Shown here: piece after piece, positions 40,881 through 53,100 of the stretch | How the letters are laid out: each line of letters begins with the position of its first letter | How positions within the stretch are numbered: the stretch's first letter is position 1 | Source of the DNA: Eledone cirrhosa | Lineage: Eukaryota | Length of the DNA stretch: 64,000 nucleotides | Direction: 5' to 3' | Assembly: GCA_964016885.1 (NCBI GenBank) | Contig: OZ024740.1 | Coordinates: 215,202,001-215,266,000, forward strand | The notes under the pieces: generated by a model | What the model was told of the DNA's origin: nothing | Database searches by the model: none | What the model saw: the letters and a program-made list of their open reading frames with translations, nothing else | Program-made: the position numbers and the translations under genes

Positions 40881-42505
40881 AAGATATGAAGACTGGGAAG
40901 GCAACAGGTCCATCGGGTATAGCTGCCGAGATGCTGAAAGCATCTGGGTCGGTAGGTCACACCATAACTACACATATTGTTAACCAGGTAATACAAGAGG
41001 GTGTCATACGAAAGGATTGGTGCAGAATCATCATTATCAACTGCTACAAGGGTAAATGAGATGCACTAGATAAAGGAAACTATAGAGGTATAAAACTGAT
41101 GGACTATGTCATGAAAATAATGGAAAGAGTTATAACACAGCTGATTAGGGACTGGGTAAAACTAGACGAAATGCAGTTCGGGTTTGTTCCAGGAAAAAGC
41201 ACCACTGATGCTCTCTTCCCTATGAGGCAGTTACAGGAAAAATACCTAGCTAAAAGCAAACTGCTCCACCTGGCATTTGTCGATCCTAAAAAAGGCTTCA
41301 ACAGAGTGCCCCGTGCTATCGTATTGCAGGCTATAACAGAGACGTTTAAGACCGGATGCCCATAGGAACTTCTGTATGCGGATGATGTTACACTTATAGC
41401 TGAATCTATGGCGGAACTAAAGAAGAAATTCCAAACATAGAAGCAGGGATTAGAAAGAAGGGATCTCAAAGTCAACCTGTCAAAGACTAAAGTCCTCGTA
41501 AGTAGATGAGAAAACAGAACCCAGATCCCCTCAGGGAAATGGCCTTGCTCAGGATGTAGGAAGGTGGAGGTAAGAATTCTACCCTCTGCCCCAAATGTAA
41601 ACTATGGGTACACAAGAGATGTAGTTGGATTTCAGGAAGCTTAGTTAGGAATGTAGGCTTTACGTGTAGCAGCTGCACCAGGTCAGTAAGCAACAGACAG
41701 CCACAGGAAACAAACACCACCAAACTCTGGGAGGTGACCAAATTAGCAGCAGAGGTGGGTTTTCTGAAAGTACAGTAACTAGGGTAAGAATGGGATGGAA
41801 GAAGTTCAGGGAGCTACTGTCACTGCTAGCTGCAAAAGGCTTTTCCCTCAAAATGAAAGGCAGACTGTATGATGCATGCATACAAACAGCAATATTACAT
41901 GGTAGTGAGACCTGGGCGCTGTGCGTAGAAGACTTGCGTAGATTAGAAAGAAACGAAGCTTGCATGCTCCGATAGATGTATAATAGTAATATACGCGAAC
42001 AGCAAAACATAAATGAAATGAGAGAGAAACTGAGCATAAGAGGAATCAAATGCTGTGTGCAGGAGAGGAGGATACGTTGGTATGGACATGTGATGTGTAT
42101 GAAGGATGACAGCTGCATAAAAAGGTGCAGAGCACAAGAAGTCGATGGAAGCCATGGAGTGGGGAGACCCAAGAAGACCTGGGATGAGGTGATAAAAGCA
42201 GACTTTGCCCATTTTGCACCTCTCAACAGTGATGACACAGGACCGTGACCTCTGGCGTCACGCAGTAATACAGAAGACCTGACTTCCCACAAGAAGAAGC
42301 TGAAGTATATAGGCAATATGCCCCCATCCCCTCCCACTGCAAAATGGTCGTGGAGGTGTCACGACAAAAAAAGCACCCAGACCACACTGTAAAGTGGACG
42401 TGTAGGTGCCACAGAAAAAAAGCACCCAGCACTCACTGGGATAACTTGTCTCACCCATGCTAGCATGGAAAAATGGCCATTAAACAATGATGATGATGAT
42501 GATGA
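40881..42505 (+). mobile_element. Decayed RTE LINE with internal deletions
   Basis: Motifs NYRGIKL, QFGFVPGKSTTDA, LLYADD and HGSETW, with stops and deletions. (GAT)n tail. Confidence 0.92.
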
Positions 42506-43298
42506 TATAATACTAGTGACAGAATTTATATCACGGTTGGACACATGATCATAACGTCATGGGTTCAATTCTTAAACCATGTGGCACATTGTGTTCTTGA
42601 GCAAAATACCTCATTTCATGTTGCTTTTAATGACAGAGCTGAAGCCCCTATCAGTGAAACACACAAGGTACCTCTAACGAGATGCAACCTCATAGGAAGA
42701 GGCCAGCTATACCTGCATAGGTATGAACTGCAATCTTCAATTTACATTTCATATCAAGATATTTGAATCAATAATTCAATCCTTATGTCTAAGCAACAAA
42801 ATAACTAATAGAATAACAATAGAATGTTGTTCCCCAAATCATTTGATTTGGAGAATAATAAAAATACCAGATACCCAATAAGTGTGTCAAATTTTTTAAG
42901 ATAATTAAAAAAAAAACCAGTTAACAACTACTACTTTACTTATGGTTAATATAATCCCAGATATACTATGTCTGACAGAAAAATAACAATAAAACACAGG
43001 ATTATTATAGTTAAAATACCATTGGTCAGGTCTACTTGACCAAAGCTGACCTGAGGCAAAACAATATCTAAAATAACTTACAATATTATACTCATTATTA
43101 TTATTATTAGGATGATTTAGAGAAGACATTCTGAAGTTTTGTGTTTTCCAAATATGCAGAAAAGACTAGTTTTATCTCGATTATAAAAATGTAGAAATTA
43201 ACAACAATGCAAATACAGACATTCCACAGTAAATTGAAACTAATATCCTTAATCCTATCAACTACAACCCAAGGGAGTCTCAAGATGGCCAATAATCC

Positions 43299-43576
43299 TT
43301 AACTCTTTAGCATTTAAACCAGCTATATCTGGCCAGAATTCTCTCACCTCTTTCTGTTTAAACCAGTTGTAACCAGCTGCTCATGCTAATGTTAAGGTAT
43401 TGTTCTCAAAATAAATAATATCAAAATCTCAGATTCAATAATGCGAGATAATTATGCAATACCTTGCATAATTATCTCACATTATCGAATCTGAGATTTT
43501 GATATTATTTATTTTGAGAACAATACCTTAACATCAGCATGAGCAGCTGGTTACCATGAAGATGCTAAAGGGTTAA
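43299..43576. mobile_element. piggyBac-like MITE (TTAA TSD) with an internal 91-bp foldback
   Basis: TTAA-CTCTTTAGCAT...ATGCTAAAGGG-TTAA. The flanking ~50-bp host duplication shows the empty single TTAA. Ordinary copies at ~16970-17187 and ~51100-51314. Confidence 0.82.
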
Positions 43577-43725
43577 CCCTATCAACTACAACTCAACAAG
43601 GGAGCCACAAGATGGTCAATAAACCAGATAAAATCATCACCAGGCTGAAGAGGGCAAATTTTCAAAGTATCGGCTGCTCTCTGATAGGTTTGTGGTCAAG
43701 CCTGTGACAGTGGAAACTAGTTATA

Positions 43726-46588
43726 TCATCATCATCATCATCATCAACGTTTAACGTCTGTGTTCCACGCTTGCATGGGTTTGGACGGGGGTAGGAGGCA
43801 AGAGTGATTGTCTTGCTCGCATAGGACTGTCTGGCAAGTTTTCTACAGTTGGATGCCCTTCCTAACACCAACCACATTTACAGTGTGGGTCTGGGAGGTT
43901 TTTACCGTGTTGCCTACACGGCCACATTACAGCGTGGACTGTGTTTTTTTGTCGTGACACCTACACGATCTCATTTGTTTCGGCCTGGATGGTGTGGCAC
44001 CAACATAACTTTACATAGAACGGGGTGGTGTGGATGGGGTGGGGCGGTGGGACGGGGGGGGGGGTTATTTTGTTAGAGATGCCTACTGGCTGTAGTAGGT
44101 TTTACTATGTATTTAGGTAAGGCGGGTCTTCTCTGTTACTGAGTACCGCCAAAGGTCTCGGTCCAGTGACATTGTCTTGGAGAGGTGTAAGTGTGTGAGG
44201 TCGGAGTTTATCAGCTCGTCCCAGGTTTTTCTAGGTCTGCCTATTCCGTGGCTACCGTCTATCTTTATTGCCCTGCACTTTGTTATACAGCTATCGACTT
44301 TCATGTGCATCACGTGTCCATACCAACGTAGCCATCTCTCGAGTAAACAACATCTGATCCCTCTTATTTCTAATTTTTTCCTTAGTTCGTTTATGCTTTG
44401 CCGTTCACGTATATTACTGTTACACATCCAGCGGAGCATGCAAGCTTCGTTCCTCTCTAGTCTGCGTATATCCTCTGCACACAATGCCCAGGTCTCACTG
44501 CCATGCAACATTGCTGTTCGTATGCAGGCATTGTACAACCTGCCTTTCATTTTTAGGGAGAACCCTTTAGCAGCTAATAGTGGTATAAGCTCTCTGAACT
44601 TTTTCCAACCAGTTCTGACTCTAGCTACTGTACTTTCAGAGCAGCCTCCCCCACTGCTGATTTTATCACCCAGGTAACGGAAACTGTCCACTATTTCTAT
44701 AGAACCCTCTGCGCAATTGAAAGAGCTAGTATTTTGTGTCACTTGCTGCTACTTATTGCACCAGAGCACCGGCCACATGTAAAATCTATGTTCTTAGTTA
44801 GCTTACCTGTGATCCCACTACATCTTTTATGCACCCATACTTTGCATTTAGGACATAAAATGGAGTTTCTACCTACGCCTTTCCTACACACCGAGCACGA
44901 CCATTTCCCAGAAGGGACCGCCGCCTTATTTTCTTTCCTACAAACTAGAACTTTAGTCTTAGCCAGGTTAATTTTAAGTCCTTTTGATTCTAGGCCGTGC
45001 TTCCATGTTTGGAATTTCTTCTCTATCTCGGCCATTGATTCCGCTATGAGTGTCAGGTCGTCTGCGTATAGGAGTTCCCATGGGCAGCCGGTCTTGAACT
45101 CCTCTGTTATAGCCTGAAGGGCAATAATAAATAGTAGGGGGCTGAGAACAGAGCCCTGATGGACGCCAACTTTTACGCTAAACTCTTCACTATATTCGTT
45201 GTTAATTCTAACCTTGCTGACTGTTTCTTTATACATGGCTTGTATAGCTCTCACAAGCCATTCGTCAACGCCTAGTTTTCTAAGAGCCCACCAGATAATG
45301 GAGCGGGGGACTCTGTCGAAGGCTTTCTCCAAGTCGACAAAAGCTAAGTAGAGGGGTTTACCTTTAGCTAGGTACTTCTCCTGTAGTTGTCGTACAATGA
45401 AAAGAGCGTCTGTGGTACTTTTGCCTGACACAAACCCGAACTGCATTTCATCTAGGTCAATTCTCTCTCTGATTAGTTGTGCTATTACTTTTTCCGTGAC
45501 CTTCATGACCTGGTCGATTAATTTAATGCCTCTATAGTTACTCCTATCTAGGGCGTCTCCTTTACCCTTATAACAGTTAACAATGATGCTGCTATGCCAG
45601 TCCTTCGGAACAACCCCATTCTGTACGACTTGGTTAACTATGCGGGTGACCATGGTGTGTCCCACCGTGCCAGATGCCTTCAGCATCTCAGCAACTATTT
45701 CCGAAGGCCCGGCCGCCTTACCCGTCTTCATATCCTTGATTGCCTTACTTATTATACTCCCCTCGACTAACACTGCTGGTCCCTCTATTGGGTCGATATG
45801 GGGGAGACTGTCTTTCTCCCATTTATTCTCCTCATTTAGTAGCCTTTCATAGTGACACTTCCAAGCTACCTTCTTATCAGCGTCGGTGATGGCAAGTATG
45901 CCATCATCGTTAAGTACACACTTCTCCCCGACAATATCACGGTTTTCCTTGACGCATTGCCTAGCAATCCTGAACACCTCACGTTTTTGGTCATCGCGTT
46001 GTAGAACATGCTTGAACTTTCTTTCCTCAGCTTCCCTTCTTGCTAAGTACACTTGTCTCCTAGCTTCCCTCCTGGCCACTTGATAGTCTTCTCTACTTCC
46101 CCCATCCTGCCATACTTTCCAAGCCTGCTTTTTGGCCTTAATTGACCCCTCCACCTTACTGTTCCACCACCATGTTACTCTCCTCCTGCCTACAGGCCTG
46201 CTCCAGCCACAGACTTCGTCTGTCGCCAACAGCAGGTTTGCTTTCAGAAATTCCCACTGTCCCTCTATATTGTCCGACTCTAAATGTTCTTCCTTACTGT
46301 CGAAAGCATCAAGTAATATGCTTTGAAATTTATTTCTGGCTGTGGGGTCCTTTAGCTTCCATATTTTTCTCCTGAGGATAGTCCTCTTCTGCTGTCGAGT
46401 ACGTCTCGTCCTGACTATGAGGTTGCTAATTATCAGTCTATGTTGGGAGGTGCATTCTTCATGGGGGAGGGATTTAGTGTTTACAACAGACACTCTGTCA
46501 CGTCTTCTGGTAAGGATATAATCTACCTGGCTTGTGTGTTCCCCGGATCTATAGGTGATCAGGTGATTGTCACGTTTTTTGAAGTTAA
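43726..46588 (-). mobile_element. 5'-truncated RTE-clade LINE (endonuclease C-terminus, RT with PHD finger, 3' UTR, (GAT)n tail)
   Basis: ORFs 44739-46493 and 44113-44742 are joined by one frameshift. Motifs SQVDYIL, NYRGIKL, FVDLEKAFD, GVHQGSVLSP, LLYADD and FRYLG. Confidence 0.96.
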
Positions 46589-46591
46589 TAA

Positions 46592-47101
46592 TCTATATAC
46601 ATAAATGGCAATTTCTGTCTGTTTGTTTGTTTGTGAACCTAAAACTCAAAAACTACCAAACCGATCTTGATTAAACTTGACACGTGTGTGGGGCTCATGC
46701 CCATTTGATTTCTTACATATATTTCATTTTAATCAAAGGGTTCCCCAGGGGCACAAAACCCCCACTGAAAATCTTTTCCCTTCAATTTATATGAAATTTA
46801 AACCATAGGTAAATGACAAGATATGATGCCTATTCACAAAATTTCAGCAAATTTCAATAATATTAAGACACCCTAGTGGGGGTTCTATTTTTTTCCTTAT
46901 AGCAACACTCAACTTCTCTGACAAACATTTTTTCACCTGACCAATGCAATCAACAATATTTGTTTGTATTATTGTTTCGTAAACGAATTTGTCTTCGCTT
47001 TTGATTATCTGTCCTATATTTTGATTTCATTTTTGGTCTGAGAGGCATTGGGCATTTTAACGGAAACTGGGAACACCCCCACTCCTGGGTACCTCAGCTA
47101 G
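46592..47101 (+). mobile_element. Non-autonomous Helitron
   Basis: A|TCTATATACATAAA...CCTGGGTACCTCAGCTAG|T, with a subterminal (GTTT)n tract and no TSD. Confidence 0.72.
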
Positions 47102-47914
47102 TATGTCAAATAAAAGCAGATGATTGTCTTAATATCTTATACAGACGTGTATATATTTGTCTTCTCTTTTCCTTATTTTGTTGTAATCACAGCCAACTGT
47201 CTTTTAAAAAAAAGGACACATTGGACAGTGTTGTCCAAGATATACATATACAAAACACTGAAATTCTTAACTTTCTTGGCATATATTTAACCTGCTATAC
47301 ATAAATTAACTGTTAACACTCTGTACCACATGAAACTACATATAAGACACCAGAGGCTGGATTTGTGGGGAATACACATGCAAGTTCAAATGATGTTTGA
47401 GTAAATAAAAGGATACATAAAACTATGCACTTATCTCTTCTCTTAACATCCTGTACTACATCAAACTACATTAATAAAAACATCCTTGAAATGTTCAAAA
47501 CAGTGTTTATGGTTGTATTGCATTGCCTTTCATCCTTACGGGGTCGATAAAATAAAGTACCAGTAATACACTGGGTAATTGCTGGCCTTGTGCCTAACGC
47601 AGAAACAATTAAAAATTAAAACTGTTGCTTTAATTTACTGCAAAGTTTCACAATGTTCTGTCTACTAGTAAAGATACTATATACATATACACATGCACAC
47701 ATATATATATATATATATAGGAACCAGTAAGACCCCGACAGCTGAGCTCAAGCCGTTTCGACGGCTAACTCTACTACCTCAAGTATTGAGTACTTTGGTG
47801 CGTTATGGTCCACCTGGTTCCTTACCACATTTCCTTCGTTATATATATATATATATAGATATATATAAATATGTGTGTGCATGACCACAAACCTATCAGA
47901 GAGCAGCTGATACT

Positions 47915-49420
47915 TAGAAAATGAATGTTGAGAATGAAAGGGAGAGAGAGAAACTATCCCCGGTAGACCCAACAGAGGGACCAGCTATTGAGATTGACAA
48001 CTACAGAATCAAAGAGGCAATTAAGGAAATGAAAAGTGGTAAGGCCGCTGGATCGTCGGGGATAGTTGCTGAGATGCTGAAGGCATCAGGAGAAGTAGGA
48101 ACTAAACTTGTTGCACACATCCTCAACCAAGCGGAGTCATACCCAAAGACTGGTGCAGCAGTATTCTTGTAAATTGCTACAAAGGTAAAGGGGATGCTCT
48201 GGAGAAGTGCAATTATAGGGGTGTAAAACTAATGGATCAGGTTATGAAAGTGGCAGAAAGAATACTGGCTTGTGAGGACAGTGCAAGCTATGTACAGGGG
48301 TGCTGTCAGTAAAGTGAGAGTAGGAATGGAATTTAGTGAGGAATTCCAGATACAAGTAGGAGTACATCAGGGTTCAGTCCTCAGCCTGCTCTTGTTCATT
48401 ATAGTCCTCCAAGCCATAACAGTTTAAGACTGGCTGCCCAAGGGAACTTCTCTATGCTGACGATCTGTTACTTATAGCAGAATCAGTAGAGGAGCTAGAG
48501 AATAAATTCTGGCTCTGGAAACAGCAGTTGGAATCAAGAGGACTAAGAGTAAACCTAGTTAAGACAAAAGTGTTGATAAGTAGGAAAGAGGACAAAGCTC
48601 TGATTCTGTCAGGGAAATGGCCATGTTCGATATGCAGAAAAGGAACTGGCATAAATTCTATAAAATGTACATAATGCAGATCTTGGGTACATAAGAGATG
48701 TAGTGGGATAGCAGGCAAACTAACAGGTAGGGAAAACTACATATGCAGATGTACAGGGAAATTTTACAGTAGAAGGCGCTGTGATAGACACATTTTTCAA
48801 ATGCAGGTAGGACCTATAGAGGTGGTTGATAGCTTCCGATACCTAGGTGATCAGATTAGTAAGGGAGGAGGGTGCTCCGAAGTCATAGTATCTAGAACAA
48901 GGATGGGTTGGAAGAAGTTTAGGGAGCTGCTTCCTCTGTTGACAAAGAAAGGTTTCTCCCTACGAACGAAAGGCCAGTTATATGAAGCCGATGCGCGATG
49001 CTGCGTGGTAGTGAGACATGGGCAGCAACTGTGGAGGATATGCGACAATGAAGCAAGCATGCTCCGTTGGATGTGCAATGTCAATGTGCGTGAATGACCA
49101 AGTATAGACGAGTTGAGAGAGAAACTGTATAAGAGGGATAGGCTGTAGTGTGAAGGAGAGAAGATTGCGTTGGTGTGAACATGTGATGCGCATGGAGGAT
49201 GACTGCTGGGTAAAGAAGTGCCAAGAAAACCTAGTAAAAGGAAGATGCAGTCGAGGAAGATCACGAAAAACATGGACAGAGGCGGTGAGAGCAGACCTCA
49301 GATCGCTGAAGCTCATGGAGGAGATGACAAAGGACCGTCACGAATGGAGAGATGCTGTGCTTAATAAGACCCGTCCCACCCTTGCAAGCAGGGAAAAGCG
49401 GACATAAAATGATAATGATG
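47915..49420 (+). mobile_element. Decayed RTE LINE
   Basis: Motifs SGIVAEMLKASG, GVHQGSVLS, LLYADD and FRYLGD. (GAT) tail. Confidence 0.92.
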
Positions 49421-49934
49421 ATATATATATAAATATAAATGTATATAGTTCAAGGTAACGACAAAACAAAGATCCAAAAAGTCTTATTAGTTTCACGCCT
49501 TAGCTCTTCTTCAGGGGTACAAAAAACAGAGACAGGATCACAAAGGATAGATGTAGATATAAGTATAGAGATATATAAATATATATAGAGAGAGAAGACC
49601 AGTTCAATAAAAATCCAAATATATAAGGAACCAATCGAGTTTTTAGAAGCAACTGTTTCTATTTACACACATATAATATATATATATATAATCATAGGTT
49701 TTACTTAGCAGAAACAATATAACAATCAGGACTATATTAAAAACATGGAATCTTAGAGAAAATATTTGAATGAAAGAGATCAGTGATAAAACTAAATAAA
49801 AATGTCAAGAGTACTTAAGAAACAAAGATAATCTGCTATTTAGACTAATTTATCAATATTAATGGAGCATATATCTATAAAGCTTAAAAGGTGTCTGCTC
49901 TTGCTGCTGATTTAAAGATAGAAAATATTATATA

Positions 49935-50190
49935 CTGTGTTGGTGTGGACATGTGATGCACATGGGCAATGACCACTGGGTGAAGAAATGCCAGGAAATC
50001 CCAGTGGAGGGAAACTGCAGTAGAGGTAGACCAAGGAAGACCTGAGCAGAGATAGTAAGAGCTCATCTCAAATCGCTGAGATTCACAAAGGAGATGACAA
50101 AGGAACGCAATGACTGGAGAGATGCCTTGCTGAGAAGGACCCATCCAACCCATGCGTGGAAAAATGAACGTAAAAATGGTGATGATGATA
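49935..50190 (+). mobile_element. RTE LINE 3' fragment
   Basis: Same family as the fragments at 17675-18410 and 33148-33428. Confidence 0.82.
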
Positions 50191-53100
50191 AAATCTGAAC
50201 AATGAAAGTGAAAGCTGTATCAAATAAATTTTAGGAATGGATAGAGACAGGCAAAATGAAAATTAAAGATCAAATCATCATACTGTGCTTAACTTTTAAC
50301 ATCTTGTTCAATATGAAACTGTATTAGCAAGGCACTGTCATCATCATCATGTCTGCTTTCCCTGCTACCAAGGGTTGGATGGGTCTATATAGACCAAGTC
50401 AGTACTGAAGCAAGGCTCCTGATATCCCAGACAGGCCAGGGAGGTCTGTATCCTGCTGGCATACAGTCATTAACAAGTGCAGAGGAGAAGTTGTGTCTTT
50501 TGACATAAACTGAAGAGTTCTCCTAACTAATCATTAGGCAAGCTTTCTATAGCTGGATGCCCTTCCCAACACCAACCACTTTACAGCATGTACTAGGTGC
50601 TTTTATTGTGTAGATCATCAGCACAGGGGAGGGTGTCATGTCCTTAACATAACTAAAGGATCTTCCTAACCCCTTGTTTGGCAAGCTTTCTATGCCTAGA
50701 TGCACTGTAAAAAGTACAAAATAACATCACATTAATGACTGAAATCTTTACTCTAATGCTGCAAACTTTCACAAAGATCTGTTTGCTAGTAAAGATAGTA
50801 TAAACATTTGAATTAACCAATTCATTTTTAGATATTTTCTGTTAAAACATTACAGGATGTTAAGAGTTAAGGGAATTAAGATCAAGTAAATTGATAGAGA
50901 CTATATCTTTCAATACAAACTGTTTATACACGTTCTTCAAAACTCTCAAGCCATCAGCACTGTTCTCAGCTCTCCTACACTATTCTTGTATCTTCCAGTA
51001 GGCTATCAATGTAATTTCTTTTCCTTCTACCTATGTTTGTGTATCCATCTGATGGTTCCTACAGAATAACATCACTTGCTATCCCTTTAGTAATTATAAT
51101 TAACCATTTAGCATTTAAACCAGTTGTATCTGGCCAGAATTCTCTCACATCTTTCTGTTCAAACCCACTGTAACCGGACGCTCAAACTGATGTTAAGGTA
51201 TTGTTCTCAAAATAAATAATATTAATATCTCATAGATTCCATATTATGTGAGATAAAGTCTTTACCAAAAATGTATAAAAATAAATATAGAGTAATGTAA
51301 ATGCTAAAGGGTTAAGCTCTACCGTAGTTGCATATAGAATACATGAAGCATGATATATCTGCAAATCTAGGTCTTTGCTCTGACCTCTGGTTTCACTTTA
51401 CTAACAGTAGTTAAATCTGAAAAAAACTAAGTTTTCAGTACTGGAGCACAAAACTACAAACCATCATATAGCACACTAACCTTACATGAAAGTATGTGGC
51501 CTAGGTGAAGGCACATGGCCTAGTGGTCAGGGGTCTGATTCCTGAACCTGGAGAGACAGTGTTCATAACACCTCTAAATCTTTCAGTTAGTCTGTGAGTC
51601 TTTGCAATTTACATAGAGATTATTTATGAATTGGAAGATAGTAAGAGATTATTCAGAGAAAAGCTCAGCTGTTGTTCTAATAAGGCCTGGTACAGGTAAC
51701 CCAGTACAAGCTACTTTATAGTTGAGTGGTCGGCAACTAAACTGACTCCCCCACCAGACCCTGGTCTAGTGAGAAAGATAAATGGTACCCCAGTGGCACA
51801 AAAAACAAGAATTGTTAAAAGGGCGGATAAACTCCTCAAAATCAACAACCATCCACACCAACTATGGGTTAAATAGCCTCACCAACCCACAATTAGCCAA
51901 GCATGGTGAGCAAGACTATACCCCTTACATGACTGAAACCAAACAGAAAGCGGTGGAAGACAACCAGGGAAGGGTTCCTCCAACAGGAGTGAGAAGGCCC
52001 TGGACTGGATATGGTTGAAATACCACTTTTGATATATTGGTAATCAGAGTGGTACTCCAGCATGACCTTAGCAGTGATGGCTAGAATATATTAAAGGGCA
52101 GAGATAGATTAAAACAAACTTGATAACTATGTGTAAAGTTGGAGAGAGAAAATTACGAAAAATCTGTTTATTTCTTGCTAGAATGTTTAAATCCTATCCC
52201 GTAGGGAAGAAAGATAAGATTTGAAGAGTTTAATGGAATGTTCTAGGGAAAAGGATTACTGGCTTGAAGATATTTACATCACAAAGTATTTTAATATATT
52301 TCAAATGGAAAATATTGTTGGGCAGATTTTATAGACAATGCCAACCAGCAGGAGACCCAAAGGTAGACCCATTAACTTAGTTGATCTCACTTGGGGGGAT
52401 CCAGTCGGACCCGCTGGAAGGCGTGTCTAGGGACTTTGCCCCCATGACCCTTCAAGAAGAAGATGAAGAAAGACGAAAGAAAAAGAAAAAGAAAGAGGAA
52501 GAAGAAAGAAAATGAAAGGAAGAAGAAGAAAAAAAAGAATGTAATCTAAGTAAATACTATTAATTAAGGTAAAAGTGATAGCATTGTCTTCATACAAACG
52601 ACTTAAACGTGGGGTTGATTGTTCAATTATTCAAGTACGACACCAATCAAAATACAATAATATATTAATTAATTAACAGAACATTTTGAACCATTATTAT
52701 TAAATACCAGGTTGACTTTGCCTTTCATCCTTACGGGGTCGATAAAATAAAGTACCAGTAATGCACTGAGTAATTGCTGGCCTTGTGCATAAAGTAGAAA
52801 CACTTATTAAATACCTTATAATACCCAAGATAAAACACACTAAAATTTATATAATTACTTGGTTTCTCACTGTGAAACCAACAGGAGAAAAAATGTTATT
52901 CCATTTGAAAATATTGCTTAGTCTCTTTAGCAAATAGAAAATGTAAATAAAATAATTCCGGTGTGAAGAATGGAAGAAAAAAAAAGGCAAGAATATTTTA
53001 TGAGAATGATTGCGATTTTCAACTCTCCAAGAACAATTACAGAAACTAGCCATAACACAATGCCAAGAGGTAAGGATGGCAGAAAATGCTCTTAAAATAT

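Noticed and set aside
47771-47781. 11-nt match to the let-7 5' end (TGAGGTAGTAG on the minus strand)
   Set aside because: The match stops at 11 nt, there is no pre-miRNA hairpin, and it lies in a repeat whose other copy (~40280) differs.
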